Source: Nitrospirae bacterium JdFR-86
Lineage (GTDB): Bacteria > Nitrospirota > Thermodesulfovibrionia > Thermodesulfovibrionales > JdFR-86
Assembly (NCBI GenBank): GCA_002011815.1
Contig: MTOV01000015.1
Span: forward strand, 1,405-65,404
Length of the DNA: 64,000 bases
Reading direction: 5' to 3'
Part shown: one piece after another, positions 56,042 through 64,000 of the stretch
Layout: each line of letters begins with the position of its first letter
Position numbering within the stretch: the first letter of the stretch is position 1
Notes under the pieces: model-generated
Database searches by the model: none
What the model saw: the letters and a program-made list of their open reading frames with translations, nothing else
What the model was told of the DNA's origin: nothing
Made by a program: the position numbers and the translations under genes

Positions 56042-56088
56042 AAATTTCAGCAAACTCGGTCGGATCGACCTCAAACACGCTGAAATTT
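56042..56088. repeat. 47-nt structured dispersed repeat, copy B
   Basis: A 9-bp outer stem AAATTTCAG/CTGAAATTT encloses the 29-nt core caAACTCGGTCGgatCGACCTCAAACACG. Followed by TTAACCCTCC, as in copy A (TTAACCTCC). Confidence 0.55.
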
Positions 56089-56394
56089 TTAACCCTCCGG
56101 CAGACCTCGTAAGCCTGAAATTTTCAAATGGGTTAAAACAGGGATTATAACTGCCGTTTTCAAAGAGCAAACTTATACTATATGCCATTAGTTGCATGTC
56201 GCTATAAATACACTACAAATAGTTGAATTTTTGCAGAAAAGTTATTAGTATTAACTGCAATTTTTAAGGGAGCTTCTTTAGCAGGGAGATAGCGGGGAAA
56301 AGAATAGTAGTTATGGTGATAGACAATAGGGGGATAAGGTAATGGTGGTGAGGGAGTTAGGAGGATAAGATATTATTATTTTGAAAATAATTTT

Positions 56395-57711
56395 ATGGTG
56401 GAGAATACTTTGTTACATGTAGAAGCAAAGAAGGCTTTAAAAGGGCACTTAGAAAGAATTTTGAATAATTGTAAAGTGAATGAAGGTGTTATTGATTTTG
56501 ATGATGATATCTATAGAGATATTTACAGTTATGTAAATGAGACAAAAAAGCATAAAAAAGTATGGATGCGTGATATAGACATACTTGGCGTCTTATACAA
56601 ACAAGTTTCAAATTATTTGAGTGAACATATCAAAAATTATTGGGAAACCTCGGGAGAATTAAAAAACATTATTGGGAATAAAACTATTAAAAGCTTATGT
56701 AGTAGAATTATTTCTTATTTAGAGTCCATTCCTAGAGATTATTTTGTCTTTTTTGAACTTCCTTATGTACGAGGAATAGGCGTAAAAGAAATAAGTTTAA
56801 CAAATAATATTTCATTTATAGAAGTAATTAATGATAATGATTTTTCTGAGGTTAGTGTTCCATACAATATAAGTATACCAAGGACAGGCGCTCTTGCCAT
56901 GGGGCTTTTGGGCAGTCCCCATGGTTATAAACTCAAAAAGGGACGATTGTATGTTCGTATCCAAGCTGATGGATATGCAGATGGGACATTAGAGAGTAGC
57001 GCAATAAAGAAGGCATACTCAAGATTCAAACAGGTAATTTTCCTTTCTAAATTATCAGGAGTGCTTACAGAAGGAAATGTAAAGACCTCGTCATCTAGAT
57101 TCCCTGATACAACTCCACAAGTGTATGCAATCTATGCCAAAGAACCAAGTACTGAAAAATATGGTTTTAACCTCCCTGAAACAGTATATGGCTATATATC
57201 AAGGCTTAGCATCAATGAAGATAGCTTAAAACCTACTAAATTAGAAATTTTTGCGGAATCGTTCGAAAATAAAGAATCCTTAACTCCAAAAGATAAAGCT
57301 AAAATTCTTAAAAACCGTCTTCACTATCCTATTAAATTATTGCAAACCTCTGAGGATGATAAAATCACTGAGCCGATAAAAACTGCGATTGAATGGGCTC
57401 TTGATTCACTTACTAATGACAATAATACATTTGCTTTTTTACAAGCATGTATAGGACTTGAAGCGATATTAGGAGATAACAATACTCGAGAAAAGCTGAC
57501 TGAAACTTTGGCAGACCGATGCGCTTATTTACTAGGAAACAGTATTCATACAAGAAGAGAGATAAGAAAAAAATTTGTGAAATTATATCGTAGCCGTTCT
57601 AAACTTATTCATGGCAGGAAAGCAATCTTAGGTAACGAAGAGCTTGGCTTATTAAGGTATGCTCAAAATATATTGAGTCGAATTATTTTGAAAGAAATTT
57701 CCTATATTTAA
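56395..57711 (+). CDS. AT-rich orphan protein with a C-terminal HEPN-like domain (Rx4H motif)
   Basis: Long ORF in a region that is visibly much more AT-rich than its flanks. The C-terminal helical region contains LYRSRSKLIHG (R-x4-H at 57595-57612). The N-terminal about 320 aa have no motif I recognise. Confidence 0.6.
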   Translation: MVENTLLHVEAKKALKGHLERILNNCKVNEGVIDFDDDIYRDIYSYVNETKKHKKVWMRDIDILGVLYKQVSNYLSEHIKNYWETSGELKNIIGNKTIKSLCSRIISYLESIPRDYFVFFELPYVRGIGVKEISLTNNISFIEVINDNDFSEVSVPYNISIPRTGALAMGLLGSPHGYKLKKGRLYVRIQADGYADGTLESSAIKKAYSRFKQVIFLSKLSGVLTEGNVKTSSSRFPDTTPQVYAIYAKEPSTEKYGFNLPETVYGYISRLSINEDSLKPTKLEIFAESFENKESLTPKDKAKILKNRLHYPIKLLQTSEDDKITEPIKTAIEWALDSLTNDNNTFAFLQACIGLEAILGDNNTREKLTETLADRCAYLLGNSIHTRREIRKKFVKLYRSRSKLIHGRKAILGNEELGLLRYAQNILSRIILKEISYI

Positions 57712-57784
57712 TGAGGGTTATAATTTGCAACCCCCTTATACAACCCCCTTACAATAGAAAAACAAATAGGACTTAAGGGAAAGG

Positions 57785-58636
57785 CTATGGTTTCTTTTTT
57801 GTAGCCACCACAATCCTCTCAATCCCTGCGTAATCCTTTATAACGCTTAAAGGCTCAAATTGGAAGCTGCGGACGATGTGTGTTATATCCTCTGCCTGTC
57901 CTTCACCTGCCTCTACGATTATCAGCCCTTTGGGTTTCAGATGCCGGGCTGCCTGCGAGAAGATTTCCCTGTAGAAATAAAGTCCGTCCTTACCTCCGTC
58001 GAGTGCGTCTTTGGGCTCCCAGTCCCTTATCTCAGGCTGAAGGCTCTGGATGTCTCCGGATTTTATATAAGGCGGGTTTGAGACGATTATGTCGAATATC
58101 ATGTCTTTTACAGGCTCAAACAGCGAGCCGTGCAGGAAAGTCACGTTTTTTATGCTGTTTATTCGTGCGTTTTCTTCTGCGTATTTGAGGGCTTTTTCCG
58201 AGGGGTCAGTGCCGTAGAGTTCTGCCATAGGCAGGTTTTTTGCCAGAGCAAGAGCGATTGCACCGCTTCCTGTGCAGAGGTCTATGATTCGGATTGGTGA
58301 ATTCCTGTCTGCTCTTTTCAGGGTTTCTTCAACGAGCAGTTCGGTCTCAGGTCTGGGGATGAGGACGCCCTGCCCCACATTTATCTTTAAGCCGTAGAAG
58401 TCAACGTAGCCGATTATATACTGAAGGGGCTCGCGCTTTGTCCTGCGCCGGAGTATTTCATTGAGTTTTTCTGTTTCAGCTTTACTGAGTGTGGGGTTGT
58501 CCCTGTAAAGTGAGACCCTGTCTATGCCGATGCCTTCGGTGATGATGAGTTCTGCTTCTTTTTCCGCCTGAGGTATGCCGTGCTTTTTCAGGAAAAGGGC
58601 GCAATGGCGCAGCAGGTCAAGGGCGTGCTCTGTCAT
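57785..58636 (-). CDS. prmC: release factor glutamine N5-methyltransferase
   Basis: [13 protein letters not shown] motif and NPPY catalytic motif. Overlaps the prfA 3' end. Confidence 0.9.
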   Translation of the reverse strand: MTEHALDLLRHCALFLKKHGIPQAEKEAELIITEGIGIDRVSLYRDNPTLSKAETEKLNEILRRRTKREPLQYIIGYVDFYGLKINVGQGVLIPRPETELLVEETLKRADRNSPIRIIDLCTGSGAIALALAKNLPMAELYGTDPSEKALKYAEENARINSIKNVTFLHGSLFEPVKDMIFDIIVSNPPYIKSGDIQSLQPEIRDWEPKDALDGGKDGLYFYREIFSQAARHLKPKGLIIVEAGEGQAEDITHIVRSFQFEPLSVIKDYAGIERIVVATKKKP

Positions 58637-59702
58637 TTCTGTCGATTTCTTTTAGTTTTTCTGTTTGATAGTGGGTATGAAGGGCGTCTATTATCTCATC
58701 GAGGTTTCCTTCGAGCACTTCCTCGAGCTTGTGGAGGGTTAGTCCTATTCTGTGGTCTGTGACTCTGTTCTGGGGGAAATTATATGTTCTGATTCTTTCG
58801 CTCCGGTCGCCTGTGCCGACCTGTAGCCTCCGTTCCTGCGCCCTTTGTCTTTCCTGAGCCTCCATCTCAATCTCATAGAGTCTTGAGCGCAGGACTTTCA
58901 TGGCTTTTTCCTTGTTTTTTATCTGAGACCTTTCGTCCTGACACTGAACGGTTATGCCTGTAGGAATATGCACTATTCTTACTGCCGAGTATGTGGTATT
59001 GACTCCCTGCCCGCCTGGTCCTGAGGCGCAGAAGGTATCTATTCTAAGGTCTTTCTCGTCTATTTTTATGTCTATGTCTTCTGCCTCTGGAAGCACGGCT
59101 ACTGTAGCCGCTGATGTATGAATCCTGCCTGATGCCTCTGTAAGGGGCACTCGCTGGACTCTGTGGACTCCGCTTTCGTATTTAAGCCTGCTGTAAGCAC
59201 CCTTGCCCTCGATGCTTACTATGGTTTCCTTTATGCCTCCAAGCCCTGTGGGACTGGACGCTATGGTATCTACTTTCCATTTTTTGGATTCTGCATATTT
59301 TGCATACATCCTGAAGAGTTCTGCTGCAAAGAGCGCTGCCTCTTCGCCTCCTGTGCCTGCCCTTATCTCCAGTATTACGCTTCTTTCGTCCCTTGGGTCT
59401 TTTGGTATGAGCATGAGCTTCAGCTGTTGCTCAAGTACGGGTTTTTTCTCTTTAAGTTCGTTAAGTTCTGCCTGTGCGAGTTCTTTAAGGTCGGCATCGC
59501 CGGAGCGGAGAAGCTCCTCTGCCTCTTCCATGTCATTCAGGAGCTTTTTGTATTCTGAGATTTTCTCCACCAGAGGAACGAGCTCTGCCTGTTCCTTTGA
59601 GTATTTCTGATACTCCTGTGGGTTTGAAAGGACATCAGGCTGCATGAGCAACTGAGTCAATTCCTCGTATCTTTCCTCTATGGTCTTCAGTTTATCGAGC
59701 AT
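58617..59702 (-). CDS. prfA: peptide chain release factor 1
   Basis: GGQ motif ([11 protein letters not shown]) and a PxT-type anticodon tripeptide context (RVQRVPLTE). Confidence 0.95.
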   Translation of the reverse strand: MLDKLKTIEERYEELTQLLMQPDVLSNPQEYQKYSKEQAELVPLVEKISEYKKLLNDMEEAEELLRSGDADLKELAQAELNELKEKKPVLEQQLKLMLIPKDPRDERSVILEIRAGTGGEEAALFAAELFRMYAKYAESKKWKVDTIASSPTGLGGIKETIVSIEGKGAYSRLKYESGVHRVQRVPLTEASGRIHTSAATVAVLPEAEDIDIKIDEKDLRIDTFCASGPGGQGVNTTYSAVRIVHIPTGITVQCQDERSQIKNKEKAMKVLRSRLYEIEMEAQERQRAQERRLQVGTGDRSERIRTYNFPQNRVTDHRIGLTLHKLEEVLEGNLDEIIDALHTHYQTEKLKEIDRNDRARP

Positions 59703-60576
59703 TGGTTTGTTCTGCCTCCAGCGAAAGCACCTCGGTGAGTGCCCTGATGGCTACCTGTATCTGTGCATCGTCCGGCTCGCGGGTCGTAAGCTTTTGAAGA
59801 AGAAGTCCGGGAAGGACAATCGCCCTGACAAAAGGGTTTTTCATTCTGGCTGAAAGCCTCAGTGCCTCATACGAGATGCCTGCAATCAACGGTATAAGGA
59901 CAATCCTTATAAGAAACTTATGTATGAGCGCCCACGACTGCGGAATAAATGAAAAAACAAGTATGCTTATTACCATTACTATAAGAAGAAAGCTCGTTCC
60001 GCATCTTGGATGAAGCGGACTCAGTTCCCTTACGCTTTCCACATCAAGTTCCTTGCCTTTCTCATATGCATGTATTGCCTTATGCTCTGCACCGTGATAC
60101 TCGAATATCCTTCTCATCTCGCCCCATAACCCTATAAGGACTATATAAAGAAGAAACATGGCGACTCTTACAACCCCGTCTACGAGATTAAACAGCAACG
60201 GGCTCTGAGCCACAGAAGGCAGAAGCAGTCCAATGAGCTTTGTCGCATAAAGCGGAACCGCTATGAACAGGACAATGCCGAGCGATATAGCCAATCCGAT
60301 AGTAAGTGCTATGGCAGTGCGGCTAAGGGGTTTTTCTTCCTCTTCGTCGTATGCCTTGCTTGCTGAAAATTCAAGCGCTTTTATCCCGATTACGAGGGCG
60401 TGAAAGAGCGCAACTATCCCCCTTATCAGGGGAAGTTTCAGTATCTTCGGAAGTTCAAAAAGTGTTTCTTTTTTCACGTGAATTTCCCCCTTTGGGTCTC
60501 TGACTGCGACCGTCCACCCTTTAGGTGATTTCATCATCACTCCTTCTATAACTGCCTGTCCGCCAATGGTTTTCAT
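59692..60576 (-). CDS. DUF1385-family membrane protein
   Basis: [13 protein letters not shown]-terminus and EYHGAEHK motif. Typical position between rpmE and prfA. Confidence 0.8.
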   Translation of the reverse strand: MKTIGGQAVIEGVMMKSPKGWTVAVRDPKGEIHVKKETLFELPKILKLPLIRGIVALFHALVIGIKALEFSASKAYDEEEEKPLSRTAIALTIGLAISLGIVLFIAVPLYATKLIGLLLPSVAQSPLLFNLVDGVVRVAMFLLYIVLIGLWGEMRRIFEYHGAEHKAIHAYEKGKELDVESVRELSPLHPRCGTSFLLIVMVISILVFSFIPQSWALIHKFLIRIVLIPLIAGISYEALRLSARMKNPFVRAIVLPGLLLQKLTTREPDDAQIQVAIRALTEVLSLEAEQTNAR

Positions 60577-60642
60577 AAAAATATAATAAAAAAAGCCGTT
60601 AGCCTTGGTGACCGAGACTAACGACTTGCCAATTGATGTGTT

Positions 60643-60849
60643 CTATTTATTTTTCTTTGCGTATTTCTTTTTGAACTTTTCGACTCTGCCTTCAGTGTCG
60701 ACTATTTTCTGCTTGCCTGTGAAGAACGGATGACAGCTTGAGCATATATCTACGTGTATCTTCGGCTTTGTAGACCTTGTGACGAAGCTTTCGCCGCATG
60801 CACATACGACTTTTGCCTCTTTGTATTCAGGGTGAATGCCTTGTTTCAA
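60643..60849 (-). CDS. rpmE: 50S ribosomal protein L31
   Basis: MKQGIHPEY..., CxC...CSSCHPF zinc motif. The TTG at 60849 lies 7 nt after GGAGGG and is preferred to the ORF-track start at 60864. Confidence 0.9.
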   Translation of the reverse strand: MKQGIHPEYKEAKVVCACGESFVTRSTKPKIHVDICSSCHPFFTGKQKIVDTEGRVEKFKKKYAKKNK

Positions 60850-61011
60850 CTTGATTCCCTCCAATTTTTAGGATTTCAAACTCTTATTATAAAAGATTCC
60901 TGCCTTTTTCGCAATGAGTGGATAGGTCTGTTTTTCCATCGCTGTTTTCAATAGCAGGGAAAATCACGACCATGCATAGAAAAGAACTCAAACCCCTGCT
61001 ACAATTAGGCT

Positions 61012-61503
61012 ATGCCGAGGGGGTTTACCGTCATAGAAGTCGTAGTCATAATGGTCATTATTGCGATACTGGCTGCGGTTGCGCTTACAAGGTTTTCCTC
61101 TTTTGAGACTATAAAACTTAACGGTGCTGTAAGGAAGATCGTTTCAGACATAAGGTATACCCGAAAGTTAGCTATATCCACACAAAAAAGAGCCGGGCTG
61201 ACATTTAATACAAACGGCTACAGTGTTTATGAGGACATAACAGTTCCCACTCTGGCGGAAAGTCCTGGTGAGCCGTGCTCTACGGATTCTTCGAATAAGT
61301 TTGTTGTTGATTTTACAGCGGACAGGTGCAGCAGTTACGAAGGGGTGACTTTGAGCTATTCTGCGGCGACTGTGGCATTTGATTCCTTGGGCAGCCCTGT
61401 GGATGCCTCAGGCTCTCCTCTGGACACGCAGACTGTTACTGTAACCCTGAACATTGCAAAAACCATAACCATAGAAGCCGGCACAGGGAGGGTAGGCTAT
61501 TGA
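61012..61503 (+). CDS. prepilin-type N-terminal methylation-domain pseudopilin (GspH-like)
   Basis: MPRG/FTVIEVVVIMVIIAILAAVA, a class III signal peptide with Glu+5. Confidence 0.75.
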   Translation: MPRGFTVIEVVVIMVIIAILAAVALTRFSSFETIKLNGAVRKIVSDIRYTRKLAISTQKRAGLTFNTNGYSVYEDITVPTLAESPGEPCSTDSSNKFVVDFTADRCSSYEGVTLSYSAATVAFDSLGSPVDASGSPLDTQTVTVTLNIAKTITIEAGTGRVGY

Positions 61504-61979
61504 AAACCCAGGGGTTTACTCTTATCGAAACGGTCATGATAATTGTCGTGGCTTCGGTGGCGATACCGGTTTTAATCATGGCTCTTGGCAGGCAGGCAAG
61601 GCTGGGTATGGATGCCGAGCTTCAGGTGGCAGCTTTGAATTTAGGGCAAGCGCTTATGGAAGAGATAGTATCCAAGAGATGGGATGAGACCCCTGGCTCT
61701 TACTCAAGCGTTCTCGGTCCTGAAGGCGAGGAAAGCAGGACTCAGTGCACAGGCACTTCGGCAACACCGTTTGATGATGTAGATGACTACAACGGCTATT
61801 CAGAAACGTGCACGCTCGGCGGAGTCGAATACACAAAGACCGTTACTGTCTGCTATGTTCAGTCCACAGACCTTGATGCCTGTCAGGGCAGCACTACGGA
61901 CTATAAACGCATAAAGGTGACGGTTTCTACTGACCGTCTCGGCTCTATGGAACTTGTAACTCTGGCAGTCAATTACTAA
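61500..61979 (+). CDS. pseudopilin (GspI-like)
   Basis: MKTQG/FTLIETVMIIVV signal; overlapping stop/start with neighbours. Confidence 0.7.
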   Translation: MKTQGFTLIETVMIIVVASVAIPVLIMALGRQARLGMDAELQVAALNLGQALMEEIVSKRWDETPGSYSSVLGPEGEESRTQCTGTSATPFDDVDDYNGYSETCTLGGVEYTKTVTVCYVQSTDLDACQGSTTDYKRIKVTVSTDRLGSMELVTLAVNY

Positions 61980-61980
61980 T

Positions 61981-62490
61981 ATGCAAGGGAAAAACGGTTT
62001 TACACTTATCGAACTCACGCTGGCAATAGTTATTACAGCCATTCTGGCGGTTGTGATAGGCAGTGCGCTTTCAGAAGGTGTAAGGGCATACCTTAAGACA
62101 GACAACCGCAATGAGGCACTTGAAGAGGCACGCACTGCTATTGAAAGGCTTTCAAAAGAGATAAGAAACGGCACTCAGATTGCTACTGCTACCTCTACTG
62201 TGCTGTGCTTTGCTGATGCAGACGGCAATACTGTAAGCTTCAGGTATGAAGGCGGAAATAACATTATATTGAGGGAGGCGATAGCAACCGGCATCGGGGG
62301 CTGTCCTGGCACAGGAGGTAACACTCTTGCAGCAAACATCACGAGTTTTAGTTTCTCGTATATACAGAATTCAGGTGCTTCTGACCCTTCTCCACCTTCT
62401 AATACAAAGCGGATAAGAGTTTCACTTACAGCTACGGTTTCGGATGAAAGCGTTGAGCTTCAGACAGAAATCCATCCAAGGGGGCTTTGA
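61981..62490 (+). CDS. pseudopilin (GspJ-like)
   Basis: MQGKNG/FTLIELTLAIVI signal. Confidence 0.7.
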   Translation: MQGKNGFTLIELTLAIVITAILAVVIGSALSEGVRAYLKTDNRNEALEEARTAIERLSKEIRNGTQIATATSTVLCFADADGNTVSFRYEGGNNIILREAIATGIGGCPGTGGNTLAANITSFSFSYIQNSGASDPSPPSNTKRIRVSLTATVSDESVELQTEIHPRGL

Positions 62491-63365
62491 TGAGGCAAGC
62501 AGGCGTTTCAGTGATAGGTGCTGTACTTGCTTTGCTGATTCTTTCGGTGCTTGTTGCAGTCAGTGTATCACTTGTAACAACAGGTGGAAGGTCAGGGCTT
62601 TATGAAGAGCAGGGGGGCAAGGCGTTTTATATTGCCGAGGGAGGGCTTCAATACAGTCTGCCTCAGGTCAAGAACTCGCCTTCATACTCAGGTGACACTG
62701 ACAAACCACTTGGAGAAGGCGCATTCACTGTTACGGTTTCAAGTGGTCCTGGGGTTGGGCAGAGAACAATAAGCTCTACGGGTAAGATTACATACGGCAC
62801 ATTTACAACGCAGAGAATTGTAAACGCCGTGGTGCAGGGCGGAGAGGCAATCACCGACGGTGGTTTTACTGACCTGGCAAACTGGCCTGACGGCGACTGC
62901 AAGCCGAACAGGAATCAGGGGACAGTCTCTATTGTGGACGGGGCACTGAGCATTGCCACAAACGCTGCCAGGAAGCAGTCCATGAAGGACTGCAGACAGC
63001 AGAGCCTTGCTGTCCCTATCCCGCCAGCAACAGATGTAACTTTATCATTGAGATATTATTTTTCCTCAACGCACACATGCAGCGATGAATCCGAGAAGAC
63101 CACAGCCAAGTGCGAGATGTCCGTAATCTTTGTTTATTCCGACGGAAGCGAGGAGGAACCGTGGACAAACTCTGATTATCCGACCTCCTGGGCATCCACA
63201 GGTGACATATCGTGGACTACGAAGGCAGACGTTAATCTGACGGATATAAAGCTTTTTTATGATATCAAGAGCGCTAATGCAAAGAATGCGCAGACAACAG
63301 GCTGGCTTGATGATGTCTCGCTTACATCCCCGTTTGTTGTTACCAGTATAAAGGAAAGCTTTTAA
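62487..63365 (+). CDS. large minor pseudopilin-like protein (GspK/PilX-like), degenerate signal
   Basis: N-terminal hydrophobic helix (GVSVIGAVLALLILSVLVAV) without the canonical GFTLIE. Last gene of the pseudopilin operon. Confidence 0.5.
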   Translation: MMRQAGVSVIGAVLALLILSVLVAVSVSLVTTGGRSGLYEEQGGKAFYIAEGGLQYSLPQVKNSPSYSGDTDKPLGEGAFTVTVSSGPGVGQRTISSTGKITYGTFTTQRIVNAVVQGGEAITDGGFTDLANWPDGDCKPNRNQGTVSIVDGALSIATNAARKQSMKDCRQQSLAVPIPPATDVTLSLRYYFSSTHTCSDESEKTTAKCEMSVIFVYSDGSEEEPWTNSDYPTSWASTGDISWTTKADVNLTDIKLFYDIKSANAKNAQTTGWLDDVSLTSPFVVTSIKESF

Positions 63366-63383
63366 ATGGGATCAGTCGCCATA

Positions 63384-63677
63384 TCAGCGGAGAGTTATTT
63401 TCCCTGTCTCAGGGTCGTAATCATACTTGTCAGGGTTCAGTTCTATGCCTGTAAAGGCTGCTATTTCGTCAAGGCTTTCCGGATACTTCCCGTTTGAGGC
63501 GTAATAGGCAGCAATAGAGCGCTTTATAGTGTCGAGGTTTGCGGCATCAGCCGCCTCTTTTGACATTTCATATGAATCTATGAGTGCATCTCCGTACTCT
63601 TCAACAGGACTTTCTTTGCAGGCGGAAATAAGGGATAAAAGAAACAGAACGGACAAAACAAAGAAAATTCTTTTCAT
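63384..63677 (-). CDS. small lipoprotein with a pseudopilin-G-like globular domain
   Basis: Lipobox LSLISAC. Mature part includes IKRSIAAYYASNGKYPESLDEI...YDYDPETGKI. Confidence 0.5.
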   Translation of the reverse strand: MKRIFFVLSVLFLLSLISACKESPVEEYGDALIDSYEMSKEAADAANLDTIKRSIAAYYASNGKYPESLDEIAAFTGIELNPDKYDYDPETGKITLR

Positions 63678-63687
63678 CAGTTGCCCT

Positions 63688-64000
63688 TCAGTATTCTATC
63701 CCTTTTCTTGCCTTTATGCCTTTTTGGAAAGGGTGCTTGACCGTTTTCATCTCTGTTACATAGTCGGCGAGTTGCTTGAGTCTTTCAGTTGCGCCTCTGC
63801 CTGTAAGTATGAGTTCGACTTCTTCTGGTTTTTCTTTTAGAAATGTAACAGCCTCTTCCTCTGTGATAAGCTCTTCAGGCAGTAGGCAGTTGAATTCATC
63901 GAGCACAGCGAGGTCGAACTGATTAAGCATGCTTTTTATGGATTGCAGTGCATTTCTGGCTTGTTCCTGCAGGAGGTTTTTGTCAATGTTTGGGTGAAAA
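63688..64000 (-). CDS. cobO: cob(I)yrinic acid a,c-diamide adenosyltransferase (CobO/BtuR-type), 5' part beyond the window
   Basis: LDEFN...ELILTGRGA...YVTEMKTVKHPFQKGIKARKGIEY C-terminus. The frame stays open to the window edge. Confidence 0.75.
   Translation of the reverse strand, partial: FHPNIDKNLLQEQARNALQSIKSMLNQFDLAVLDEFNCLLPEELITEEEAVTFLKEKPEEVELILTGRGATERLKQLADYVTEMKTVKHPFQKGIKARKGIEY

Noticed and set aside
56128-56168. CRISPR-repeat-looking sequence ggttaaaacagggattataactgccgttttcaaagagcaaac.
   Set aside because: I found only one copy in the window, with no spacer/repeat periodicity and no cas genes, so it cannot be called a CRISPR array.
55856-56197. ORF-track entries in the atpB-island intergenic region (113, 103 and 60 aa).
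   Set aside because: These are low-complexity translations of hairpin-rich DNA that overlap each other on both strands with no RBS. I treated the region as non-coding structured DNA.
1-64000. Search for IS elements, integrases, phage genes, CRISPR arrays, rRNA and in-frame TGA selenoprotein genes.
   Set aside because: No transposase-, integrase- or phage-like translations appeared in any frame. No repeat-spacer arrays were seen. No pairs of same-frame ORFs split by a single TGA next to the selenium locus were seen.

Overview
This is a 64 kb chromosomal segment from a moderately GC-rich anaerobic bacterium. Gene content suggests a Nitrospirota- or Thermodesulfobacteriota-like organism, but this taxon guess is inference only. 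Supporting content includes sigma-54/NtrC regulators, System II cytochrome c biogenesis, an HndABC/NuoEFG-like flavoprotein module, selenium-handling genes and a T2SS. Coding density is high. Most genes are housekeeping: rarA, mutL, trpS, tig-clpP-clpX, rsmA, htpX, atpB-atpE and rpmE-DUF1385-prfA-prmC. I saw no transposase, integrase, CRISPR array or rRNA. The stretches most worth a second look are listed here in rough order of interest. (1) A 95-nt tRNA at 49690-49784 has tRNA-Sec architecture but cysteine identity elements (anticodon GCA, U73). It sits directly upstream of a B12-radical-SAM/SRPBCC fusion, two tandem YedF-type selenium-metabolism genes and a CxxCxxCC protein. (2) A sharply AT-rich single-gene island at 56.1-57.8 kb encodes a 438-aa protein with a C-terminal HEPN-like Rx4H motif. 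It lies next to a densely structured non-coding stretch. (3) An operon resembling bacterial ceramide synthesis (Spt-like, GNAT-like, epimerase-like) lies at 30.2-33.5 kb. (4) A NuoEFG/Hnd-like module at 3.1-11.8 kb has a large subunit that has lost the formate dehydrogenase catalytic dyad. It is embedded in unusual receiver-domain fusions and GHKL/DRTGG/PHP regulators. (5) There are odd domain insertions. The GspD secretin has a C-terminal subtilase-propeptide-like domain, and ResB has a Fis-type HTH-like segment inside its periplasmic loop. (6) Two families of small dispersed palindromic or structured repeats occur, and one of them sits in-frame inside rarA. All calls come from reading the sequence and the ORF translations; no searches were run.
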